NCBI GenBank assembly: GCA_963706595.1 | Contig: OY970166.1 | Location: forward strand, 1,568,001-1,632,000 | From: an uncultured cyanobacterium | GTDB lineage: Bacteria; Cyanobacteriota; Cyanobacteriia; Cyanobacteriales; Nostocaceae | DNA: 64,000 bases | Direction: 5' to 3' | In this document: positions 10,455-18,464 of the stretch, piece by piece | Position numbering within the stretch: the stretch's first letter is position 1 | Layout: each line of letters starts with the position of its first letter | The notes under the pieces: generated by a model | What the model was told of the DNA's origin: nothing | The model's database searches: none | The model's input: only the letters and a program-made list of their open reading frames with translations | Translations under genes and position numbers: made by a program

Positions 10455-11552
10455 TCACCGTTGCGCTGGTGGCTGATCCGCAATAAATTTATTCAAGCGA
10501 TCGCATTCAATTTCCGCCACTGTATTTTGCGCCTCCACTTCGCCCAGAGTGATTCGCGAACTTGTCGCCGATACTGCTATGGGTTCAACCCGACAAGATT
10601 TTTGCAGATAATACCCCTGGGGATTAGAACTTGGTCCCATCCAGACACTTAATAAATCTAATCTATATCCAGATTTAATATTAGCTACACGGGCATCAAC
10701 ACGCCATAATTTTCTTTCTTCATATTGTCCTAGTTTCTGTTCTATAACTTGATTTCCTAAGTTTCCTACTTCCTTTGTTGCGTCTAACAACCATCTTTCG
10801 ACTTGTGACCAAGGTGATTTATTTAATTGTTTTTCTACTCTTATTTGGAGTTCATCGAGGATAGCCACACCATTTTCTGGAATTTTTTGAACTTCTTGTT
10901 TTACTGTGGTTTCGGGTTGAGTTTCAGTTTCAGTTGCAGGTTCAACTGCGATTTCAGGTGCTACCATTCTGACCACAAAGGTACTACGCTCAAAATTATC
11001 TGTGAGTAAGCTGGGATATTGTGTTAACCAATTGTCCATGACAAAGTAAAACTGAATCCAGCAACTTATGACCATACAACTAGCTACTAAAACTATAACT
11101 TTTTCCCGAACTTCTGGTTTAGGAAGTTTGGCTGTAGTCTTGGTATCAGTACCTTCAATAAAATCTGGAAGCGCTGTAATTATTGCCGAAATTGTCGGCC
11201 AAAGTACAATTGTTCTCGCTGTAATTACATCCGTTGAATTACCAAAGGCAAAAACACTAACTAAAAATCCAGTTATTACCGCTCCTACTGGCATAAAAGT
11301 ACCAGGAACCCTTAAAGGATCATCGGTTGTGTACCAAGCTGTACCAGCAATTAAAAACAACCACCCTAAAAATGCAATGATACTTTTTACATAACCTACA
11401 GCCAAAAATGAAAGAGTCCAAGAAAAAACACTTAAATAAATAAATGTCTGCCAGGAATAAGCTTTGGGAGGAGTTAATAACTTGATAATTCCCTCATAAA
11501 TCCCGACAAAGAAACTCAAAAATCCCAAAACATCTTTAAATAATGTTTGCAT
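10455..11552 (-). CDS. fraD: Septal junction protein FraD (DUF5357)
   Basis: N-terminal TMs with PPKAYSWQT, periplasmic C-terminus with WSQVERWL and WMGPSS..GYY..KSC; lies between fraC and fraE. Confidence 0.8.
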   Translation of the reverse strand: MQTLFKDVLGFLSFFVGIYEGIIKLLTPPKAYSWQTFIYLSVFSWTLSFLAVGYVKSIIAFLGWLFLIAGTAWYTTDDPLRVPGTFMPVGAVITGFLVSVFAFGNSTDVITARTIVLWPTISAIITALPDFIEGTDTKTTAKLPKPEVREKVIVLVASCMVISCWIQFYFVMDNWLTQYPSLLTDNFERSTFVVRMVAPEIAVEPATETETQPETTVKQEVQKIPENGVAILDELQIRVEKQLNKSPWSQVERWLLDATKEVGNLGNQVIEQKLGQYEERKLWRVDARVANIKSGYRLDLLSVWMGPSSNPQGYYLQKSCRVEPIAVSATSSRITLGEVEAQNTVAEIECDRLNKFIADQPPAQR

Positions 11553-11614
11553 CCTTCACACCTCTAATAAATTCTCAAGTTTATGACTTTTTTTGGTAAA
11601 AATTTCCACTAATT

Positions 11615-12160
11615 CTATTTCTGCCCCAAAAATATAATCAGGGTAATGACACTATAACTCAGCGAATTGGCTATCAATATAGTGGTAACTAAATTGGTAC
11701 TTTGCAATCTAGCAACGCTGGTGCGCCTCGATTTTAAGCGATTATTTTCGGGTGTGTTCTCAGGGATTTTCAAGAAATCTTCTTTTAATGACATGACAAA
11801 AAATCTTAAAAGAAAGAATTTCATGAAGAATGTGATAAAGAAAATTATAAAAGCAGTTAAAATCAGGAAAGCTTGGGTATTAGCTGACCTGAATGTATGG
11901 AAAAATATGTAACTGATTAATTCTGATTTTAAATTTATCGGTAATATTGGTTCTAGGACAAAAAATATAATCCAACCAATAGTACTAGAAAAAAGATTTA
12001 TGGATGTAGCATAAAAAATACTAGTTTTTTTGTCAAATTTAAGCCTTTTGTGGAAAACATAAGCTTCTATGGGAATGGCAGTCAGTAAAAACAAAAATTC
12101 CAACAAAATTACACCGACAGGCAGAATTCTAGGAATAGTGATATCTCCAAGTCCAAGCAT
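11615..12160 (-). CDS. fraC: Filament integrity protein FraC
   Basis: Phe-rich 181-aa membrane protein with AIPIEA, INLFS and ILIANSLSY; first gene of the cluster. Confidence 0.85.
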   Translation of the reverse strand: MLGLGDITIPRILPVGVILLEFLFLLTAIPIEAYVFHKRLKFDKKTSIFYATSINLFSSTIGWIIFFVLEPILPINLKSELISYIFFHTFRSANTQAFLILTAFIIFFITFFMKFFLLRFFVMSLKEDFLKIPENTPENNRLKSRRTSVARLQSTNLVTTILIANSLSYSVITLIIFLGQK

Positions 12161-12422
12161 AAAGTGTCAAGAGTAAAGGTGAACGTTAGCGAGTATAACT
12201 GAGATCAGTAGGTCTGATGGGTTCAATTATCTCATTGTTATTGTTCAAAATCATCCAAGTGTGCAAGTATAACTCTGGTTATTCTGGATGATCGAAAAAT
12301 TTGAGATTTGGGATTTGGGATTGGGAATTTTCGGGACAAGCCCGCCTCTTCAGGGCAGAATTAATCCCAAATACTCGCGGCGCTGCGTACGCTTGGCTAA
12401 CGTAAATCGAAAATTGATTGAC

Positions 12423-12816
12423 CAGAGAACGAGACGCAAGTCCCTGGCTTCAGACATGGGGATAAGTCGGAAGCGACTTTAGTCGCATTCAGGAGTGGTT
12501 ATTGGTATAATGGGAAAAAGTGAGTAAGAATAACCATCTACGTGATGATACATCCTAGTGCGGAGAAATCCCGGCAACGGACATATCCAACTTGATTTGG
12601 AATAGTTAAAGGGCAAATAATGGCAGGATGTTGAGCGTACCTAACTGGCGTGGTGATGGACTCGGAAAACATTAAAACCTAAAAAGTAAGCGCAATTACA
12701 GCATCGTAGATCCCGGTAGTTGTTTTGAGCGTCTAGGGTGTTTTTGCCAGCACCATTGAAAGTTTGCTTGCGGACTCTTCAAGAATCCCCCGGCTTTAGA
12801 CGTGGAGAGATGTCAA
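12423..12816 (+). mobile_element. Non-autonomous IS200/IS605-family derivative with degenerate tnpB 3' end/omega-RNA region
   Basis: Preceded by TTGAC; left hairpin caagtccctggcttcagacatgggg; right hairpin gaatcccccggctttagacgtggagag ending TGTCAA; remnant reads LKVCLRTLQESP like cyanobacterial TnpB C-termini; no intact ORF. Confidence 0.7.
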
Positions 12817-12897
12817 TAAGCTATGTTCCTCTTGAGGTGAGAGGCTTCGGCATTTCAAGGTAAAATTAGGGATTGCCACGTTACAGCTTTTCAAGAG

Positions 12898-14034
12898 ATG
12901 ACAAGGAACGGCATCGGTATTCGCACGGCGCAAGTGCGTCCTGAACGGCTCACAGGTCAAATTCACATTTACGATGGAGTGGGTAAAGGTAAGTCTCAAG
13001 CGGCTTTAGGGGTAGTTTTGCGCTCAATTGGCTTGGGAATAAATACACCGGGCGATTCGGGTCGCGTCTTACTGTTGCGGTTTTTAAAGGGGCCAGAACG
13101 TGATTATGATGAAGATGGAGCGATCGCAGCTTTACAGCGTGGTTTTCCCCATTTAATTGATCAGGTTCGCACTGGGAGAGCCGAATTTTTTGGACCAGAG
13201 GAAATTACTCCCTTTGACCGAGAAGAAGCAGCAAGGGGTTGGGATGTAGCCAAAGGTGCGATCGCCTCTGGTTTATATTCAGTTGTGGTTTTAGATGAAA
13301 TTAACCCAGTTCTAGACTTGGGTTTGCTACCAGTGGATGAGGTGGTACGGACATTAAAATCCAAACCTCACGAATTAGAAATCATCGCCACTGGACGCGC
13401 CGCACCACAAAATTTGCTCGATATTGCCGATTTGCATTCGGAAATGAAACCCCAAGACCACCCCAGAGCAAAAGAACTGTTGCTTGAGGGGATTGAAATT
13501 TATACTGGTGCGGGGAAAGGTAAATCTACCAGCGCTTTAGGTAAAGCATTAAAAGCCATTGGTCGGGGAATTAATCATCCAGGGTCTACCCGCGTGTTGA
13601 TTATGCAATGGCTTAAAGGTGGTAGTGGCTACACAGAAGATGCAGCGATCGCGGCTTTACAGCAATCATATCCAGAGGTGGTAGATCATCAACGTTGTGG
13701 TCGAGATGCGATTGTTTGGCGCAATTGTCGCCAAGAATTGGACTATGTAGAAGCCGAAAGAGGTTGGGAAATTGCCAAAACGGCGATCGCCTCTGGATTG
13801 TATAAAACCATCATTCTCGATGAACTCAACCCCACAGTTGATTTAGAACTACTTCCCGTTGAACCCATTGTCCAAGCCTTACTTCACAAACCCCGCGATA
13901 CGGAAGTCATTATCACTGGTCGCTGTCAAAATCAACCAGCTTACTTCGATTTAGCCAGTGTTCACTCTGAGGTATACTGTCACAAACATTATGCCAATCA
14001 AGGTGTAGAACTGAAACGCGGAGTAGATTTTTAA
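12898..14034 (+). CDS. cobO: Cob(I)yrinic acid a,c-diamide adenosyltransferase (tandem-duplicated CobO/BtuR domains)
   Basis: Two GxGKGKS P-loops, two LDE(I/L)N motifs and two TGR motifs. Confidence 0.9.
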   Translation: MTRNGIGIRTAQVRPERLTGQIHIYDGVGKGKSQAALGVVLRSIGLGINTPGDSGRVLLLRFLKGPERDYDEDGAIAALQRGFPHLIDQVRTGRAEFFGPEEITPFDREEAARGWDVAKGAIASGLYSVVVLDEINPVLDLGLLPVDEVVRTLKSKPHELEIIATGRAAPQNLLDIADLHSEMKPQDHPRAKELLLEGIEIYTGAGKGKSTSALGKALKAIGRGINHPGSTRVLIMQWLKGGSGYTEDAAIAALQQSYPEVVDHQRCGRDAIVWRNCRQELDYVEAERGWEIAKTAIASGLYKTIILDELNPTVDLELLPVEPIVQALLHKPRDTEVIITGRCQNQPAYFDLASVHSEVYCHKHYANQGVELKRGVDF

Positions 14035-14083
14035 CAGTTGTCAGTTACCAGTTAAGAGAAATAGTTGCGTCGAAATTCTTTAC

Positions 14084-14177
14084 TAGACATCTGGTGAAAA
14101 TAAAATATGCGTGATCACAGAACCGTTGTAGAGACGTTCCATGGAACGTCTCTATCTTCTTTGTCACCAGATGTCTA
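14084..14177. mobile_element. MITE with 14-bp terminal inverted repeats and an internal 26-bp perfect palindrome
   Basis: TAGACATCTGGTGA...TCACCAGATGTCTA; internal TAGAGACGTTCCATGGAACGTCTCTA at 14129-14154. Confidence 0.75.
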
Positions 14178-14191
14178 CTACATTGGTGTGA

Positions 14192-14297
14192 TATAGCAAT
14201 TCCCATTCACGTGAGGTACAAGCACTAATAATTAAACGCAGATGGACGCAGATAAACGCAGATAATTTTGTACTTGATTAGACTGGTAAATGCTATA
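14192..14297. mobile_element. MITE-like element (imperfect TIR tatagcaattccca...tggtaaatgctata) carrying ACGCAGAT repeats
   Basis: Imperfect terminal inverted repeats; internal 46 bp (14227-14272) are identical to the reverse complement of 40415-40460. Confidence 0.6.
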
Positions 14298-14330
14298 ACT
14301 GTTCACTGTTCACTGATTTAATTACTCACT

Positions 14331-14459
14331 ATGGAAAACAGCAACTTACTTGATTTAATCACCGGAGGATTGGCGATCGCTATTCTCATCGGCGGGATGT
14401 TAATGATGTTTACCACTGTATTTTCCACCAAATTTAATACCAAGAAAGGTAAAAAATAG
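14331..14459 (+). CDS. Small single-TM membrane protein (42 aa), not in the supplied ORF track
   Basis: MENSNLLDLITGGLAIAILIGGMLMMFTTVFSTKFNTKKGKK*: acidic N-terminus, one hydrophobic helix, Lys-rich tail. Confidence 0.6.
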   Translation: MENSNLLDLITGGLAIAILIGGMLMMFTTVFSTKFNTKKGKK

Positions 14460-14482
14460 GGTCATTGGTCATTGGTTATTGG

Positions 14483-16066
14483 TCATTGGTCATTGTCCCA
14501 CTGTGGAAAAACTTGAATTAATTGGTGTTTTTGGACAGTACCAATCACTTGGTGAGGTGTGGTTAACTTCGCCGCCTGGGTTGCAGAAATCCAAGCATAG
14601 CTAGAAGCTGGTAATTCGGTAATTGAGTTGACTGGTTTACCATGAACGGGAGTGTAGAAATTCAGTAATACCGCAGTTTTGCCGTCTATCTGCAAAAAAT
14701 AAATCGGATGATTTTGGAGAATTGAGGCGATCGCAGGCTGTTGCAGAAAAACTCTCACATCCGGGTTATAGTCACTAAATAAGCCGAGACCACCAGCCAC
14801 AGCCAAAGCTAGCCAACAAGGAATTAACCAACCCGCCAGCCAATAACGAGCTGTGAGAAACTTTTGCTCAAAGTGGTAACGACCAATCCACACCATAGGC
14901 AAAATTAGCCAACCTAACCCCATAATTAAGCCCAGGGTGGCGTACTTGCGAAGCTGAACGTCATCCACCACCATTAAAATAATTATCCCTGCTAGCATCA
15001 ATAAAATGCCCAATCCACCAAAGGCATAACTGAGATTACGAGGAAGTTTCTTGATTTCCCCATCGCCCCATTTCCCCAACCAACTTAAACCCACAGCCGC
15101 CAGCATGGCGATGAAGGGGTAAAGACAAAGGCTATAGTGAGACAGACGAGTGGAGAAAAAACTCAGTTCAGCAAACAGCGTCACAGGGAAACCAACTAAT
15201 ATCAATTGGTAACGGGGAATGGGACGGCGAATTAGTAAAATTACGCCTAAAAGACTTAAAAAGAACCAAGGAAAAGCTTTAATCGGCACATTCCACAAAT
15301 AGAATATCATGCCATTGCCATCACGCTCACTAGATCCCAACTGAAAAACAAACCTGAATAATTCTTCATAACTATCATTGCCATAGCGCATCCAGTTCAG
15401 CCATAGCCAAGTTAAGGTAGGAATTAAACCAACTCCAAAACCTACATATAAACAAGGGTTGCTCAGATGACGATGACGGCGATGTTCCCCAATTAAATAA
15501 GGTAATAAAGCGACAATTGGCAGAAAAATCATCAAGCTTCTGACTAACAAGCCTAAACCCAAACTGAAGCCAGCTAGAAAAGTCCAAAAATAGCCATATT
15601 TAGGATGTAGTTCGGCTTTTAAAAAAGACCAAATAGCTAACAATACCAAAAATATCATGGGGACATCTGGTGTACCTAAGCGGCAATATTGCAGCCAGAG
15701 AAACTGCACACTTAAAATTAAGCCAGCTAGCCAAGCCAATTTTTGATTGAGCAGAATTTTGGCAATTTCATATATTAGTAAGACGCTGAAAATACCAATA
15801 ATCATGCTAGGTAATCGCACACTAGCTTCACTGATCCCAAATAACTGGTAGGAAATGGCAATTAGCCAATAAGGACCGGGGGTTTTATGATGAACAGTAC
15901 CCCAAGGCGCTATCCAATCGCCGGATTCAAACATCACACGCGATCGCCTGGCGTAAAGCCCTTCATCATGCGCCATCAGGCTATTATCCCCAGAACTGAA
16001 TAGCAATAAGGGGAGTATCCACAGCAGTAAACTGATATAAGGAAATAAACGCCATCTATACAACAT
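14483..16066 (-). CDS. GT39/ArnT-like (PMT family) membrane glycosyltransferase
   Basis: HDEGLY, HKTPGPYW, ASVRLPS; many TM segments. Confidence 0.9.
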   Translation of the reverse strand: MLYRWRLFPYISLLLWILPLLLFSSGDNSLMAHDEGLYARRSRVMFESGDWIAPWGTVHHKTPGPYWLIAISYQLFGISEASVRLPSMIIGIFSVLLIYEIAKILLNQKLAWLAGLILSVQFLWLQYCRLGTPDVPMIFLVLLAIWSFLKAELHPKYGYFWTFLAGFSLGLGLLVRSLMIFLPIVALLPYLIGEHRRHRHLSNPCLYVGFGVGLIPTLTWLWLNWMRYGNDSYEELFRFVFQLGSSERDGNGMIFYLWNVPIKAFPWFFLSLLGVILLIRRPIPRYQLILVGFPVTLFAELSFFSTRLSHYSLCLYPFIAMLAAVGLSWLGKWGDGEIKKLPRNLSYAFGGLGILLMLAGIIILMVVDDVQLRKYATLGLIMGLGWLILPMVWIGRYHFEQKFLTARYWLAGWLIPCWLALAVAGGLGLFSDYNPDVRVFLQQPAIASILQNHPIYFLQIDGKTAVLLNFYTPVHGKPVNSITELPASSYAWISATQAAKLTTPHQVIGTVQKHQLIQVFPQWDNDQ

Positions 16067-16083
16067 TGAATTCAGAATAAACC

Positions 16084-16740
16084 TTGATGATACTCAAACC
16101 GGACCAACGCCAGAAATTAGACGATACAGACGACAAGCTATTTTACGACTATCCCCGCTTTGTCACTCATGTCGATGATGGATTTATTCAACAGCTCACG
16201 GATTTATATCGCGATCGCCTCAAACCGGACACGCGGATCTTAGATATGATGAGCAGTTGGGTGTCTCATCTCCCCGCCGAGATGGAATTTGCCCATGTTG
16301 AGGGACACGGACTCAACGCCGAGGAGTTAGCCCGTAATCGGCGTTTAAATCATTATTTTGTCCAGAATCTCAATGATCAACCTCAACTACCCCTACCAGA
16401 CCAAAGTTTTGATGCGGTTCTCAATTGCGTTTCTGTACAGTATATGCAGTATCCAGAGGCCATATTTGCCGAAATTCATCGTCTTCTCAAACCCGGCGGG
16501 ATCGCAATTATCAGCTTTTCTAACCGGATGTTTTTCCAAAAAGCGATTCAAGCTTGGCGAGACGCAGCAGAAACAACTAGGGTGGAATTAGTCAAGCACT
16601 ACTTCACCTCAGTCCCTGGATTTACAGTTCCAGAGGTCATTGTGAATAAATCCACCGCACCGAATTTTTTACAGTGGTTAGGTGCTGGCGGAGGAGACCC
16701 ATTCTATGCTGTAATAGCACACCGCACAGATCAAAGTTAA
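16084..16740 (+). CDS. Class I SAM-dependent methyltransferase
   Basis: PRFVTHVD, ILDMMSSWVSH, LKPGG, FSNRMF. Confidence 0.85.
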   Translation: MMILKPDQRQKLDDTDDKLFYDYPRFVTHVDDGFIQQLTDLYRDRLKPDTRILDMMSSWVSHLPAEMEFAHVEGHGLNAEELARNRRLNHYFVQNLNDQPQLPLPDQSFDAVLNCVSVQYMQYPEAIFAEIHRLLKPGGIAIISFSNRMFFQKAIQAWRDAAETTRVELVKHYFTSVPGFTVPEVIVNKSTAPNFLQWLGAGGGDPFYAVIAHRTDQS

Positions 16741-16760
16741 AACATCAGGAACAACCGAAA

Positions 16761-17273
16761 ATGAATTTTGCTCGCGTGTCTAAAATTTTACCCGCTTTGT
16801 TATTGTCAGTGTTACTACTGACCACCGCTTGTACTCCCCAAGAACCCGGTCGTTTTGATCAGGTACAGCAAGAAAGTACCCAACAAAAAAGAGGTCAAGC
16901 AGTTGTCGAAAATGCTACTCAAGGTGGAGAATTTAATAAATTCTTTCCGGCGGCTGGTGATGGCTACGAGCGAGTATTTACCCAAGAGAAAAAAGGTTTT
17001 GCAGAAGCTAAATTAAAGAAAGATGGTAAAGATTTAGCGATGTTAGCTGTTTCTGATACCGCCAGCACACCGACAACAGCCGCCAGCTATTCTAATAGCA
17101 CCACAAAAATTGCTGGTTATCCAGCGCGGGAAATTGGCAATACTCAAACAGCAGTATTAGTAAATGACCGCTACCAAGTAAAAGTATTATCCCGTGATCC
17201 GTCATTTACGTCCAGCGATCGCGCCGATTGGATCGAGAAATTTAATCTTGATGGTCTAGCTACATTGAAATAA
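16761..17273 (+). CDS. Conserved hypothetical lipoprotein
   Basis: Signal peptide with lipobox LTTAC from ATG 16761. Confidence 0.75.
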   Translation: MNFARVSKILPALLLSVLLLTTACTPQEPGRFDQVQQESTQQKRGQAVVENATQGGEFNKFFPAAGDGYERVFTQEKKGFAEAKLKKDGKDLAMLAVSDTASTPTTAASYSNSTTKIAGYPAREIGNTQTAVLVNDRYQVKVLSRDPSFTSSDRADWIEKFNLDGLATLK

Positions 17274-17314
17274 GTTTAACTACGCTGAGTAAAAACCTCA
17301 ATAAGGAGATTCTG

Positions 17315-18202
17315 GTGAACAAACCAATTTTTGAATTACTTGATGAACTTCCCACTAGCAACTTGACAATTTCCATGTTGAACGCCCTGGATTTTGTCGC
17401 TCCCGGACAGTGGGAAAATACTGTAGGCTTTGTCAATACTATTAAGAAGGTGACTGGTGAAACTGATGAAGATTTAATTCAGCAAATTGGTGAAAGAGCG
17501 ATTTATCTTTACAATGATCGCTCTCAAGGATACCAACGAGCGATGTGGCTTTATCAAACTGTAGACAAGACAGATAAAGCCCTGGGTGCAGCCGCCTTGG
17601 CTAACAAAGTTGGTGAAAAAATTCCTCTCTTGGGTTTTTTAAACAACATGACTCCCAAGGCCGACAAAGCCCAAACTATTGATTTGTGTCTAAAATTAGT
17701 GGTAGAATTAGTGGCTTTCTGCCAAATTAATGGGATTCCCGGAGACAGTATCGGGGATTTTGTCGCTTCTTTGGGTGAATATAGTGGTGAGTCGCTGATT
17801 CGGATGGTGGCTTTAGTTTGTGTTGATGGTTTAATCCCTCTAGGGCCAAACTTCATTGACAAGGCGTTATCTGGAATTAATCAGATGAATCCCCAGGAGT
17901 TAGAAAAAAATTCCACTTTTCAAGGTATCCAAGATGCAATTCCCGGTAACAACGCTAGCAGTAAATTAAACTTTATCGGCGAAAGTTTTGACTCCGTTAA
18001 AGGTTGGATGGGTGGGCTAGTTACCCAAAATAATTTAACACCACAAAAAGTAGTTGGCAATTTGCAAAGTTTTGTACAACTAACTGATGATAAGTTAGAT
18101 TATCTAGCTGCTTTTTTAGATGTAGCCACCAATTACTATGAACACACTGGGACACAAACTTTGGCACATCGCTTGATTGAACGAGCTGTAGCTGAAATTT
18201 AA
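17315..18202 (+). CDS. Conserved hypothetical protein
   Basis: 295-aa ORF with AAGGAG RBS before GTG; co-directional with the lipoprotein gene. Confidence 0.75.
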   Translation: MNKPIFELLDELPTSNLTISMLNALDFVAPGQWENTVGFVNTIKKVTGETDEDLIQQIGERAIYLYNDRSQGYQRAMWLYQTVDKTDKALGAAALANKVGEKIPLLGFLNNMTPKADKAQTIDLCLKLVVELVAFCQINGIPGDSIGDFVASLGEYSGESLIRMVALVCVDGLIPLGPNFIDKALSGINQMNPQELEKNSTFQGIQDAIPGNNASSKLNFIGESFDSVKGWMGGLVTQNNLTPQKVVGNLQSFVQLTDDKLDYLAAFLDVATNYYEHTGTQTLAHRLIERAVAEI

Positions 18203-18464
18203 TCAGTTTGACTCCAGCAATTTGCAAGTAAATGAAGCACACATCTTAATAGTATAAATTTTGTGGGGTGGGCATACTTCGGCAAGTGTTACAGTGAGCT
18301 TGCCGAACTGCTCAGTACAAGTCTTGCCCGCCTTGATGTGAAATATAATTTGACAACGAAAAGCGCAACTGCATTGTTGTTGTTCAGTATTTTTAGGTAT
18401 TTTTATCAAAAAATTTGATATTGGTACAAGTATATGGGGAATAATAAAAAAAGAAACAATAACT

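Noticed and set aside
12288..12482. 64-aa ORF in the fraC-cobO intergenic region
   Set aside because: Made of STRR/REP sequence and the IS left end
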